Shown piece by piece: positions 41,767 to 50,887 of a DNA stretch of 64,000 nt (within the stretch, counting starts at the first letter, position 1; every line of letters begins with the position of its first letter). The translations under genes were made by a program, and so were the position numbers. The stretch lies in the NCBI GenBank assembly GCA_963781675.1, contig CAWAGF010000002.1:249776-313775 (forward strand). Direction: 5' to 3'. The notes under the pieces were generated by a model. It saw only the letters and a program-made list of their open reading frames with translations, was not told the DNA's origin and did no database searches. Source of the DNA: an uncultured Actinomycetota bacterium. GTDB taxonomy: Bacteria > Actinomycetota > Actinomycetes > Mycobacteriales > SCTD01.

Positions 41767-42725
41767 TGCAGCTCGTCGTCCTCAGCGCCCGGCCGGCGAT
41801 GCTCGCCGGGACGCTGCGCCACGTCCGCGCGCACCTGTCCTGGGTGGACTCCGTGCTGGTGGTCACCCCCGAGCGCCTGCGCGCGAAGGTGGCCGAGCTC
41901 GGCGTGGACACCGTGACCGACGAGGAGCTGCTGGCCGGCCCCGGCCCGTCGGACCACGCGCGGCGCAACTACGCGCTGCGCGCGGCGCTGGCCACCAGCC
42001 CGGCCGTGGACGAGGTCTTCCTGTCCGCCGACGACGACAACCGCCCCCTGGTGCCGGTCCCGGAGACGACGTTCGTGCGCGACGGCCGCTACCGGCGCTA
42101 CACCTTCGGCCACCTCGACGACTGGGACCGCCGGGCGACCTCGCACGACCTGTGCCAACTGGGGTCCCGCGCCGTCCTCGGGCTGCACGCGATGCCGCGG
42201 CGCGCCTATGCGGCGCACCAGCCGCAGGTCGTCGACAAGGAGCTGCTGGCCGAGGTCGTCGCGCTCTTCGCGACCGCCGCCGCGCGGCACCCGCTCGACG
42301 AGTGGGCCACCTACCTCAACGCCGCGCCGCACCTGCACCCCGACCGCTTCGAGCAGCCCGAGCCGTACCTCACCCTCGGCTGGCCGGACGACACCGCGAC
42401 CTGGCAGGCGGTCGTCGACCCGGGCGCGCTGCTGTTCGAGAACTGCTTCCTCGAGCACTACGCGACCGGCCAGGTGTTCGCCGGCCTGGACCCCGACGAC
42501 ACCTCGTACGAGACGGCCGTCGAGAAGTCGGTGCGCTGGCGGACCTACGAGCTCGAGGTGCTGGCCGGCGCGCGGCCCGCCGCGCTCGCACCGCCGGTGT
42601 CGCACACCCGGCTGGGCGCGGCGCTGCGCCGGCTGCGCGCCGCGACGGTCGGCGACCCGGTCCTGCGCGACCGCCGCGAGCAGGCCGCGACGGCCACGGT
42701 GCTGCGCGGCCTCAACCGCCGCTGA
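41766..42725 (+). CDS. Hypothetical protein resembling Stealth-like sugar-phosphotransferases
   Basis: TLRHVRAHLSWVDSVLVVT and DEVFLSADDDNRPLVPV...F recall the Stealth CR2 pattern; last gene of the GT operon. Confidence 0.5.
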   Translation: MQLVVLSARPAMLAGTLRHVRAHLSWVDSVLVVTPERLRAKVAELGVDTVTDEELLAGPGPSDHARRNYALRAALATSPAVDEVFLSADDDNRPLVPVPETTFVRDGRYRRYTFGHLDDWDRRATSHDLCQLGSRAVLGLHAMPRRAYAAHQPQVVDKELLAEVVALFATAAARHPLDEWATYLNAAPHLHPDRFEQPEPYLTLGWPDDTATWQAVVDPGALLFENCFLEHYATGQVFAGLDPDDTSYETAVEKSVRWRTYELEVLAGARPAALAPPVSHTRLGAALRRLRAATVGDPVLRDRREQAATATVLRGLNRR

Positions 42726-42733
42726 GCTGAGGC
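42711..42733 (+). repeat. Left island-boundary direct repeat
   Basis: CTCAACCGCCGCTGAGCTGAGGC, 21/23 identical to 56654-56676. Confidence 0.75.
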
Positions 42734-42936
42734 AACGAGGCGTGCTTGAAGGACGACTGCCCACAGCGGACGTCGGTCTAGCCTTCGACACCGCGGGCCT
42801 TCCGTCAGGCGGTAGTGCCTGCTGCGGAAGGCGGCCGCGAGGAAACTGCCCGCACCCTGGCGGGTGCAGTCACCGAGGGCGCCCGACCGCCGCTGGCGCC
42901 GATCGTCCCGGCCACGAAACATGCCCCGATCAGCAC

Positions 42937-43569
42937 GTGAGCATCGAGACGATCCTTGCCTTCGCGGCGCTGGCAGCGGTGCTGGTGGTCATTCCCGGCC
43001 CCGCGGTCATCCTCGTGCTCAAGAGCGCGATGTTGCGTGGGCGCGGGTCCGCGATCATGACGGCGGTGGGCGTGCTCGCCGCCGACCTGATCTGGGCGAC
43101 GGCCTCCGTCGTCGGGCTCACGGCCCTGCTCGTCTCGTCGCAGGTGGCGCTCGACGTCGTCCGGGTCGTCGGTGCGGCCTACCTCTTCCTCCTCGGCGTG
43201 CGCCTTCTGATGACGCGCGAGTTCAGTCCCTCGGCCGACGCTCCTGCCCGTGGGAGCGGCAGCGTCACCCTGCGACGAGCCTTCGGTGAGGGCCTCGTCT
43301 GCGATTTGTCCAACCCCAAGACCGTCCTCGTCTACGCCAGAGTCATCCCGCAGTTCCTCAGCGCGTCCAGCTCGGGCTCGGACGTCTTGCTCCTGGGCGT
43401 CGTCTTCGCCGCCCCGGGTTTCGCCTTCTCGGCCCTCTACGCGTTCGTCTTCGGCGCAGCGCGACAGCTGCTCAGCAACGGGCCGGTCATGCGCAACGTC
43501 CTTCGCGGCAGCGGTGGACTTCTGATGGTCTTCAGGGTCGGCCTGGTGGTCGAGCGGCCTTCTCACTGA
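42937..43569 (+). CDS. LysE family translocator
   Basis: VIPGP, GAAYL..LG, LSNPK. Confidence 0.88.
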   Translation: MSIETILAFAALAAVLVVIPGPAVILVLKSAMLRGRGSAIMTAVGVLAADLIWATASVVGLTALLVSSQVALDVVRVVGAAYLFLLGVRLLMTREFSPSADAPARGSGSVTLRRAFGEGLVCDLSNPKTVLVYARVIPQFLSASSSGSDVLLLGVVFAAPGFAFSALYAFVFGAARQLLSNGPVMRNVLRGSGGLLMVFRVGLVVERPSH

Positions 43570-43680
43570 CGGGGCCGACCCGCCGAGGCCCTCCACGCCC
43601 TGCTTGCTCTCGCGGCGGTTCGTGGCCCCGAACGACGACCTGGGCCGAACGCGCCGACGGCGCCCCGCCGTCAGCGGGGC

Positions 43681-43699
43681 TGATCGCACTCGTCCCGGT
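43681..43699 (+). repeat. Degenerate copy of the island internal repeat
   Basis: TGATCGCACTCGTCCCGGT versus consensus TGATCGCACCCGCCCCGCC. Confidence 0.45.
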
Positions 43700-43731
43700 G
43701 TTCCGGACACGACGTCGGCCACTAGCGGTGT

Positions 43732-44358
43732 CTACACGCCGAGACCGGCGGCTCGACCCAGGGCCACGGCCTCTTCGCGGTTCGCCACGCCGAGCTTGGC
43801 GACGATGTCGGACACCCGGTTGCGGATGGTCTTCGGCGCCAGGAACAAGCGCGCGGCAACCTGCGAGGTGGGCAGCCCCTGCACCAGGAGGGACAGGATC
43901 TCGCGGTCGCGGGCGTCGAGGACAGCGAGCGCATCGCTCTGCGGCGCGCGCGCGGCGGCAGCGGTCACGGCCCGGCTCGCGCCCCGCCCCAGCACCATCG
44001 TGCCGCGGGCGGCGGAGTGGATCGCCGTGAGGATCTCCTCCGGATCGCTGTCCTTGAGCAGGTAGCCGTCCAGGCCGCCGCCCAGGCTCCGCAGCACGGC
44101 GTCATTGTCGGCGTGCATGGTGAGCACGAGGACGTGCAGCTCAGGCCAGCGCTCCTTGAGACGCCGCCCGAGCTCGATGCCGTCCCCGTCCGGGAGCTCC
44201 AGGTCGACCACCGCGACATCAGGTTCTCGATCCAGCGCGAGTGCCTCGGCGACGGATCGTCCCGTGCCGACGAGCTCGAGCCCCCCTTCGGATCGCACGA
44301 GTGCAGCAAGCCCCGAGAGGACGATCGGGTGGTCGTCGACGAGCAGCACCCGCGTCAT
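43732..44358 (-). CDS. NarL/LuxR family response regulator
   Basis: VLLVDDHP, DVAVVDL, GYLLKD; HTH LFLAPKTIRNRVS. Confidence 0.93.
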   Translation of the reverse strand: MTRVLLVDDHPIVLSGLAALVRSEGGLELVGTGRSVAEALALDREPDVAVVDLELPDGDGIELGRRLKERWPELHVLVLTMHADNDAVLRSLGGGLDGYLLKDSDPEEILTAIHSAARGTMVLGRGASRAVTAAAARAPQSDALAVLDARDREILSLLVQGLPTSQVAARLFLAPKTIRNRVSDIVAKLGVANREEAVALGRAAGLGV

Positions 44359-46052
44359 GCTGCGACGCCGCCGGTCGGCAGCTGGACGCACAGTCGGGTG
44401 CCGGTGGTCGCCGGGTGCACGTCGAGCCGGCCGCCGAGGTCTTCGGCACGCCGCCGCAATGAGGTGAGTCCGACGCCCGGGACGACGGCTCCACCGGCGC
44501 CGTCGTCGCACACCTCGACGAGGACGTGGGCGTCCCGGGTCGACACCTCGACCCGCACCTGCGTGGCGCTCGCGTGGCGGATGGCGTTCGTGATGCCTTC
44601 GGCGACGCAGCGGTAGATCGCGACGGTGACGTCGGCAGTCAGGTCCTCGTCGACCTGCGTCGTCAGCTCGATGCCGGGGGCCGTGGCCCCGAAGGAGCGG
44701 ACAAGGCGCTGGAGAGCCGAGGGGAGGTCGTCTCGGGCGAGCGCCGAGGGCGTGAGCCCCGAGACGATCCGACGAAGGTCACCCCGGCACTCGGCGAGCT
44801 CGGCCGACAAGGCGCTCAGCAGCGGTCCCGGCTGGGTCCGCAGCTGCGCCTGCACCCGCATGCTCATGCCTGCGAGGACCGGACCCAGGCCGTCGTGCAG
44901 GTCCCCCAGGATGCGGGCGCGTTCGGCCTCGCGCTGTCGAGTCACGTCCTGCCGGGCGTGCTCAGCCTCGACGGCCAGGCCGACGGCCCGAGCCACCAGG
45001 GCCACGGTGGGGAGCAGCTGGTCGACCCGCGCCACTTGACGCGGTTCCGGCCCCTCGGGCTGAGGCGACTGCAGGAGCAGGAACCCGACGCGGTCGCCAC
45101 CGACGTCGAGCGGGTGGACCAGCCAGCCCGGTTCGGGATCCGGCGCTTCGGCGCTGAGGAGCAGACGTCCCTGCGGATGACCGCTGGCGGCCGCGACCAT
45201 CGCTGCGGCCTTGCCGGCGAGCTCGCGGGGGGCGGCGTCGCGGTGGAGGTCGGCAGTGATCGCCGACACGTCCGCCGGCGTGAGGACGCCCGTCCCGTAA
45301 CGGCTTTCGACGGTGAAGCGGCGCAGCCGCAGGGCCGCTGGGGCGAGGAGCCCGGCCGCGGCCACGGCCACCACGGCAGCGGCGAGGTCGGGGTTCGGGG
45401 CCTGCACCCGATCGGCCACCCAACCCACGCCCACGCCGAGGGCGGCCGCGGTCAGCACTGTCCCCAGAGCCAGTCCGGCGTCCACCAGCGGCTCGTCGAC
45501 CGGGCGGAGGTTCACGGCCAGGACGAGCACCAGCACGAGTCCCGCCATCAGTAGGAGGCCGACAGACGTCACGGTGGCTGTGGCGCGGGGCGTTGCGGTC
45601 GCCGCTGCCGAGCTGACCGCCGCGACCAGCACGGCACCCCCCAGCACCAGCCACACCAGGCGGCGGCGGGACAGCCGGTCGGCGGCCGCGCCGTGCGCCC
45701 ACGTGAGCACACCCACGGCCAGCACGACACAGGTCACCAGGAGCTCCCGCCAGGTCTGCTCGTACGCAGGCCAGAAGCCTCCGTCGAGACGGGCGAGCGT
45801 CGTGCCGGCGGCCAGCAACGGGACGAGCGCCACCGCGATCAGTGCCCAGCCGAGCCGAGTCGTCGCCCCGCGGTCGAGCAGCAGGGTCCCGACAAACCCG
45901 AACAGCGGCCACGACATGGCGAAGACCGCACCGGTGGGCACCTCAGGGGCTGTCATTGCGACCATGGCCGGGAGCGCGGCCGCGGCCGTGGCGAGGGCGC
46001 CGACCGTCGAGGCGGCCGTCATCCCGCGCGTGGCAGGCACCATCGAGGTCAC
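44355..46052 (-). CDS. Membrane sensor histidine kinase (HisKA_3 type)
   Basis: ERARILGDLHDGLG, EGITNAIRHA, DDGAG, GVGL; N-terminal TM segments; start uncertain. Confidence 0.9.
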   Translation of the reverse strand: MTSMVPATRGMTAASTVGALATAAAALPAMVAMTAPEVPTGAVFAMSWPLFGFVGTLLLDRGATTRLGWALIAVALVPLLAAGTTLARLDGGFWPAYEQTWRELLVTCVVLAVGVLTWAHGAAADRLSRRRLVWLVLGGAVLVAAVSSAAATATPRATATVTSVGLLLMAGLVLVLVLAVNLRPVDEPLVDAGLALGTVLTAAALGVGVGWVADRVQAPNPDLAAAVVAVAAAGLLAPAALRLRRFTVESRYGTGVLTPADVSAITADLHRDAAPRELAGKAAAMVAAASGHPQGRLLLSAEAPDPEPGWLVHPLDVGGDRVGFLLLQSPQPEGPEPRQVARVDQLLPTVALVARAVGLAVEAEHARQDVTRQREAERARILGDLHDGLGPVLAGMSMRVQAQLRTQPGPLLSALSAELAECRGDLRRIVSGLTPSALARDDLPSALQRLVRSFGATAPGIELTTQVDEDLTADVTVAIYRCVAEGITNAIRHASATQVRVEVSTRDAHVLVEVCDDGAGGAVVPGVGLTSLRRRAEDLGGRLDVHPATTGTRLCVQLPTGGVAA

Positions 46053-46102
46053 GTGCGCATCATGGCGGGCATCTGACCCGTCGCGCAGCGGCCGGGGCGG
46101 GC

Positions 46103-46139
46103 CGGGACACGGGCGGGACGCTGCGGGAGCGATCGGGAC
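46103..46139 (+). promoter_or_regulatory. Helically phased CGGGA direct repeats, candidate response-regulator operator
   Basis: CGGGA at 46103, 46114, 46124 and 46134, between the divergent kinase and membrane-protein genes. Confidence 0.5.
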
Positions 46140-46222
46140 GGGAGGGGCCTTACGTACGGGACCCTCGCTCCTGCACGGTGGCGCCAGCCCCCGGACCCGC
46201 CGGGACGTACAGGAGGACATCG

Positions 46223-46720
46223 ATGACCGCTCCGACGCAAACCCCGTCCGCGCACGTCCCAGACACCCGCCGCCTGTCGCCTGCGCTCCTCGTCGCAGGC
46301 GCCGTCGCGCTGACGACGGTGACCAACCTGCTGTTCCAGGTGGCCGACATCGTGTTCACCGACAAGGACCCTCACCGCGCTGAAGGCCCGATCCAGAGCC
46401 TCAAGGGCATCAGCGTCATCGGGGCTGTCGCCCTAGCCGTAGCGCTGGCGATCGCCATCACCTGTTCCCGCGAAGCCAGCAAGGCGCGGACGGGCGCGAT
46501 GGCTCTCGGCGGCCTGTCCATCCTGACAGTCCCGATCTTCTGGTCGGGAGCGCCCGCCATCTTCGGCGCTTGCGCGGCGTGGCTCGGCGGGCTCGCCCGC
46601 GGATCGCACCCACAGGACGGAGCGGCGCGAGCACTCGGCCTCACGGGCGCCGTGATCGCGATGCTCTGCGTCGTCGCGACCTGGGGCGGCTACATCGCCT
46701 ACCTCATCAGCGAGTCCTGA
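46223..46720 (+). CDS. Membrane protein, likely target of the adjacent two-component system
   Basis: AGGAGG RBS; four to five hydrophobic segments. Confidence 0.75.
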   Translation: MTAPTQTPSAHVPDTRRLSPALLVAGAVALTTVTNLLFQVADIVFTDKDPHRAEGPIQSLKGISVIGAVALAVALAIAITCSREASKARTGAMALGGLSILTVPIFWSGAPAIFGACAAWLGGLARGSHPQDGAARALGLTGAVIAMLCVVATWGGYIAYLISES

Positions 46721-46990
46721 CCGCGACCGCGCACACGCTCGGCACGCCGCTGATGGCGCTACCAGGGCCGCCGTCGCTGCGATGGCGATGCCGGCCTCGT
46801 CCATGACGTGCTCATGCCGTTCTTGCTCATCACCGCCGCAATCGCCATCGCCCGCCGGCAGGCGGCCGATGGGGACCGCGAACACGTCCTGCTGTCCAGT
46901 GCATGAACCGCCCGGTCGTCTAGGACGTGCAGACCGCGCCGCCCCGGGTGGCCGGCTGCACACTCTCACCTTCTCCAGAGGGGGATCTAC

Positions 46991-48121
46991 ATGCGCGTGC
47001 TGATGTCGACGACGTCCGGGACCGGGCACTTCCGGCCACTCCTGCCGATCGCCGCCGCGTTGATCCGAGCAGGCCACGAGGTGGCGTGCGCTGCTCCCGC
47101 GGACGCGGCGGCGATGATCGCGCGGGAGGGCCTGCGGCACCTGCCCTTCGACGGGGTTGCGCCGGACGATCCCGAGCGCGCAGCGGCCTTCGCCCAGGTA
47201 CCCGCACTGGCGCCGGACGAGGCTGTCCAGCTCATCGGGTCCGTCATCTTCGGTCGGCTGAACACCACCGCGGCGCTGCCCGGCGCGCGGGCAGCCGTCG
47301 CGGAGTTCGCCCCAGACCTCGTGCTGCACGAGGCCGCAGAGCAGGGGGTCCGGCTGGCCGCCGAGGCTGCCGGAGTACCCGCCGTCGCGGTCGCGCCCTC
47401 GCTGTGGATCCGCGACTTCCCGCTCGCGATCGCGGCCGGCATAGCCGACCTGCGCGAGTCGCTTGGGCTAGAGCGGGACGCGGATGCACGCGCAGTCCTT
47501 GAAGGCGCAGGCACGTCCTGGTTCCCGCCGTCCTTCGACCTGCCCGACGCCCCCGCTCAGGTACGGCGGTTCCGCGACCCGTCACTGCCGGCACCGACGC
47601 CGGTCGAGGGCCGGTCGGTCGTCTACGTCACGCTGGGCACTGAAGCGCCGAACCTGCCGTTCTTCGAGCACGTGCTTCCGCAGATGGTGCGCGGGGCGGC
47701 GCGAGCGGGCTTCCCCGTCGTCGTCGCGACAGGCCGGCCGATCGAGCCAGCGCTGCTGGACGGCATCGACGGCGACGTACGGGTCGAGTCCTGGGTCGAC
47801 CAGGCCGAGGTCCTCCGTGCGGCACGCGTCGTGGTCTGCCACGCCGGTTCGGGCACCGTCTTGGGAGCGCTCGCCGCCCAGGTGCCGATCGTCGCCGTAC
47901 CGCTCTTCGCCGACCAACCCGACAACGCCGCGCGCATCGAAGCCACGGTCTGCGGCCTCAAGGTGCCGCCCGATGCCGACCGCATCGCGGCAGCCACCCG
48001 ACAGCTCTCCGCCAGCCAGCCCGACGGCTGCGTCCCCATGGGACAGGAGCTGAGCGCCCTTCCTCCCGCCGGTGACTCGGTGCCGTGGCTCGAGTCGTTG
48101 GCGGCTCGATCGCCTTCTTGA
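46991..48121 (+). CDS. GT1 family glycosyltransferase (macrolide/natural-product UDP-GT-like)
   Basis: GHFRPLLP, VYVTLGT, WVDQ, HAGSGT, PLFADQ. Confidence 0.9.
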   Translation: MRVLMSTTSGTGHFRPLLPIAAALIRAGHEVACAAPADAAAMIAREGLRHLPFDGVAPDDPERAAAFAQVPALAPDEAVQLIGSVIFGRLNTTAALPGARAAVAEFAPDLVLHEAAEQGVRLAAEAAGVPAVAVAPSLWIRDFPLAIAAGIADLRESLGLERDADARAVLEGAGTSWFPPSFDLPDAPAQVRRFRDPSLPAPTPVEGRSVVYVTLGTEAPNLPFFEHVLPQMVRGAARAGFPVVVATGRPIEPALLDGIDGDVRVESWVDQAEVLRAARVVVCHAGSGTVLGALAAQVPIVAVPLFADQPDNAARIEATVCGLKVPPDADRIAAATRQLSASQPDGCVPMGQELSALPPAGDSVPWLESLAARSPS

Positions 48122-48159
48122 CGACGGAGTACCCGCCCGCTTCGTCGAGGCATGGTGGA

Positions 48160-48174
48160 CGCACCCGCCCCGCC
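48160..48174 (+). repeat. Island internal repeat, copy 1
   Basis: Exact CGCACCCGCCCCGCC; its 3' part forms the hairpin CGCCCCGCC-TCG-GGCGGGGCG. Confidence 0.85.
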
Positions 48175-48310
48175 TCGGGCGGGGCGACAGCACAGTCAGG
48201 GTCAAGCTTTGCCTACCCCACCGAGCATCGGAAACGGCACTCCCCGCAGATCGCCGTCAGCATCCTCGGGGCGCCTCGACGTGGCAGCCTTCCGCTGTCA
48301 CGCTGCCGGC

Positions 48311-48481
48311 ATGAGCAACGACCCGGACCGCCGCTACGACGTAGCGCTGGAAGACCTAGAGCGCTCGGTGCACATCTGTCCGCAGGAGCTGACCGAAGCA
48401 GCGCCGGATCCGGAGCCGCATCTGTCTGCTTGGGCATGGGACGAACAGCGCAGGCAGGCGCGCCTGGCTGGTGGTGCGTAG
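48311..48481 (+). CDS. Small hypothetical protein (56 aa)
   Basis: MSNDPDRRYDVALEDLERSVH...; only ORF of note between two repeat copies. Confidence 0.45.
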   Translation: MSNDPDRRYDVALEDLERSVHICPQELTEAAPDPEPHLSAWAWDEQRRQARLAGGA

Positions 48482-48574
48482 CCCCGCTTTGCAGATGCCG
48501 CTAGGCCGGGGAAGTGACGACGGGTTCCGCCGGTTGCCGATGAGCCGCGCGGAAGCGCGAGAGCCGGCCAAGGT

Positions 48575-48594
48575 TGATCGCACCCGCCCCGCCT
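48575..48594 (+). repeat. Island internal repeat, copy 2
   Basis: TGATCGCACCCGCCCCGCCT. Confidence 0.85.
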
Positions 48595-48619
48595 GAAGCT
48601 GCTGGCCCGGCCGGGGCGC

Positions 48620-49100
48620 TCAGACCGACGCTGACGGCGGCACAGCCTGGAGCGGCACGTCCTTGGTCACCTCGATCTGTCCGAGGTGCTGGAAGACCTC
48701 TTCAAGGAGGTGCAGCACGACGGCATCGTCGTCGCCAACCCCGCCGTGCAGACGCCGCCGGGCGTCGTGGGGCACGCCCCCGCCCTCGGCCAGCCGGTGC
48801 ATGTCCTGCTCTACGTGCTGCAGGGCGAGGTCGACGGCGTCCCGGCACTCGGACAGCGTCGTGCGCCGGCTGAACTCGGAGTCCCGGTCGCGCGGCGTCG
48901 TGGGGCGGCCGAGGGCCACGTGACCCAGCCAGAACTCCGACACGATGCAGCAGTGCAGGACCAGCGCGCCCCACCGGGTTCGTCCCGCTGGCCGTTGGTC
49001 GCTCGTTGAGCAGCTTGTCACCCAGCGTCGTGGCGACGGCAAGCATCTGGCCGAAGCCGTAGCGGAGGTACGCGAGACCGGTGTCCGGTGCGAGCTGCAC
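48620..49100 (-). pseudogene. DinB/DUF664 family protein, frameshifted near 48970
   Basis: LNERP..SGTNPVG and ALVLHCCIVSEFW..RDRDSEF..LHLLEEVFQHLGQIE are split across two frames at a G run. Confidence 0.7.
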
Positions 49101-49153
49101 AGCGCAGCCTAGGCAGCTCGCGCCGGACAGCTGCGCAGGAGCCGGGACTCGGC

Positions 49154-49173
49154 TGCTCGCACCCGCCCCGCCT
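49154..49173 (+). repeat. Island internal repeat, copy 3
   Basis: TGCTCGCACCCGCCCCGCCT. Confidence 0.85.
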
Positions 49174-49206
49174 CATGCGCGATGAAGCGCCATCCTCGCT
49201 GAGGTG

Positions 49207-49854
49207 TCACAAGGCCGGGCTCTGCTCTGGCGTCGTCGCGAAGTGCCGCCAGGTCCGGTAGCGCCAGTGCCGGTACTCCTGAGGGGACCACCTGGTCGTG
49301 CGGGTCATCTGGAGATAGGTCTCCGGGCTTCCGAGAAGTCCGCAGGTGGCGATGATCCAGGGCAGGTCGCAGTCCGGGTCCAGGAGTGCGTCGTCCTGAA
49401 GGGTCGACCAGAACGTCTGGATGGCGTTCAGGACGCTGCCTCGGCCTCGCTGCGCTGAGGCTGCGATCACGGGCTCATCGAGTTCGACCTGCAGTGCCAC
49501 CGCGATGAGCGGAGCCAGACGCACGAACAACGCGGTGTTGCCCGCGGCCTCCGCGTAGAGCCGCTCTTCGAGGGTGGGGGCGGTAAGGGTGGTCCTCACC
49601 CAGTCGCGGTCGGCTAACGGGATCTGCCGGGCGTCGCCGACGATGGCCACGTCCATGACGCGCTTGAGCAGGTCGGCCTTCGTCGCGAAGCGGACGTAGA
49701 TGGTCCTGTCGGCAACGCCGGCGCTCAGCGCGACGTCGGTCAGCTTGGTGGCCCGGTAGCCGCGCTCCAGGAAGAGCTTCTGCGCTGCGGCAAGGATCCG
49801 CGCCTCCGTGCGCTCTGCCCGCGTACCGAACTGAGGGTTGACATCCGTCGACAC
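49207..49854 (-). CDS. TetR/AcrR family regulator
   Basis: RILAAAQKLFLERGY...VALSAGVADRTIYVRFATKADL HTH. Confidence 0.92.
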   Translation of the reverse strand: MSTDVNPQFGTRAERTEARILAAAQKLFLERGYRATKLTDVALSAGVADRTIYVRFATKADLLKRVMDVAIVGDARQIPLADRDWVRTTLTAPTLEERLYAEAAGNTALFVRLAPLIAVALQVELDEPVIAASAQRGRGSVLNAIQTFWSTLQDDALLDPDCDLPWIIATCGLLGSPETYLQMTRTTRWSPQEYRHWRYRTWRHFATTPEQSPAL

Positions 49855-49856
49855 GA

Positions 49857-49896
49857 AATGCAGTCTAACTGCATTCTGATATGCAGTCAGACTGCA
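49857..49896. promoter_or_regulatory. Two TGCAGT-N3-ACTGCA palindromes, candidate TetR operators
   Basis: AATGCAGTCTAACTGCATT (49857-49875) and TGCAGTCAGACTGCA (49882-49896) between the divergent tetR and VOC genes. Confidence 0.8.
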
Positions 49897-49912
49897 AGAG
49901 GAGAGGGTCCTC

Positions 49913-50401
49913 ATGACGACGGCAACATCCGCCCCGCGGCTGGCGGGCGTGCACCACCTGAAGCTGCCGGTAGCAGACCTCCTCCGCTCCCGCCAGTGGT
50001 ACGAGTCCCGGCTCGGCTACGAGGTCGTCCAGGAGTTCCTTGAGGAGGGGGTGCTCATGGGCCTGGTCATGGCGCACCCCGACGGCGGCCCCTCGTTCGC
50101 ACTGCGCCTCGACAGCGAGCGCGCGAAGGCGGCGGCCGGCTTCGACTACTTCTCCATCGGGGTGCCGGACAAGGAGGCCATCGAGACCCTGGCGACTCGA
50201 CTATTGGATCTCGGCGAGGAGCACGCCGGCGTGCACTTCGCCACCATCGGCTGGGTGCTGCCGATGCTGCACGACCCGGACGGGCACGAAGTCCGCTTCT
50301 ACACGGTGGCGCAGCACACCAGCGCCACCCCCGAGCACGTTCTCGTCGTCGAGGACGCCGTCGGATCTGAGGCCGAGCGGGAGCGGCAGCAGCTGTCGTG
50401 A
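49913..50401 (+). CDS. VOC/glyoxalase family protein
   Basis: VHHLKLPVADL..SRQWY..LG, DPDGHEVRF. Confidence 0.9.
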   Translation: MTTATSAPRLAGVHHLKLPVADLLRSRQWYESRLGYEVVQEFLEEGVLMGLVMAHPDGGPSFALRLDSERAKAAAGFDYFSIGVPDKEAIETLATRLLDLGEEHAGVHFATIGWVLPMLHDPDGHEVRFYTVAQHTSATPEHVLVVEDAVGSEAERERQQLS

Positions 50402-50532
50402 CCCGCCAGCTCCGCCCAAGCTCGCTCCACCGCATCGTCCGCGCCACCGCTCCTGCGTCGGGTGCGTGCCCGGTGCTTCGGGCCCGCCCGCTCGCCGCCC
50501 CGTCCACCCACCACTAGCGCAGGAGACTGCTC

Positions 50533-50853
50533 ATGGAACTGATACTGATGGTCTTGCTGCCCTTCCCCCTCGGCTTCCTCGTGCGGCAGCGCCTCGTGGC
50601 GATGGTCGCCTACATGGCCGTCCAGGCGTTCGTGTTCACCGTTCAGACGACATCGCTGCTCTTGGAGTGGGCCGGCGGCTCCTCCCGCGCCTTCGGCGGC
50701 CGCTTCCCGCAGTACGAGCAGAGCGAGGTCTTCGCGTACGCCCTGGTGAACGCCGTCATCTACGCCGTCGGCATCGGGCTGGTCTACCTCGGCCACCGAG
50801 TCGCCGCCCGCCGGCGGGCCGCGAACAGGTCGCCAGCTGAGCTGGTGCACTGA
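50533..50853 (+). CDS. Small membrane protein
   Basis: AGGAG RBS; three hydrophobic segments. Confidence 0.7.
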   Translation: MELILMVLLPFPLGFLVRQRLVAMVAYMAVQAFVFTVQTTSLLLEWAGGSSRAFGGRFPQYEQSEVFAYALVNAVIYAVGIGLVYLGHRVAARRRAANRSPAELVH

Positions 50854-50887
50854 CCTTGGCCGTCGAGCCCCCAGCGCGGCGGCCGCG

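Noticed and set aside
48530-48570. CCGATGAG...CGCGC-GGAA-GCGCG resembles a hammerhead ribozyme core
   Set aside because: Lacks the invariant CUGAUGA and GAAA elements; it is only a GNRA-capped hairpin.
50455-50466. Possible reverse-strand partial repeat copy (CGCACCCGACGC), and a partial CGCACCCGC at 56611
   Set aside because: Only 8-9 matching bases in GC-rich DNA; cannot be distinguished from chance.
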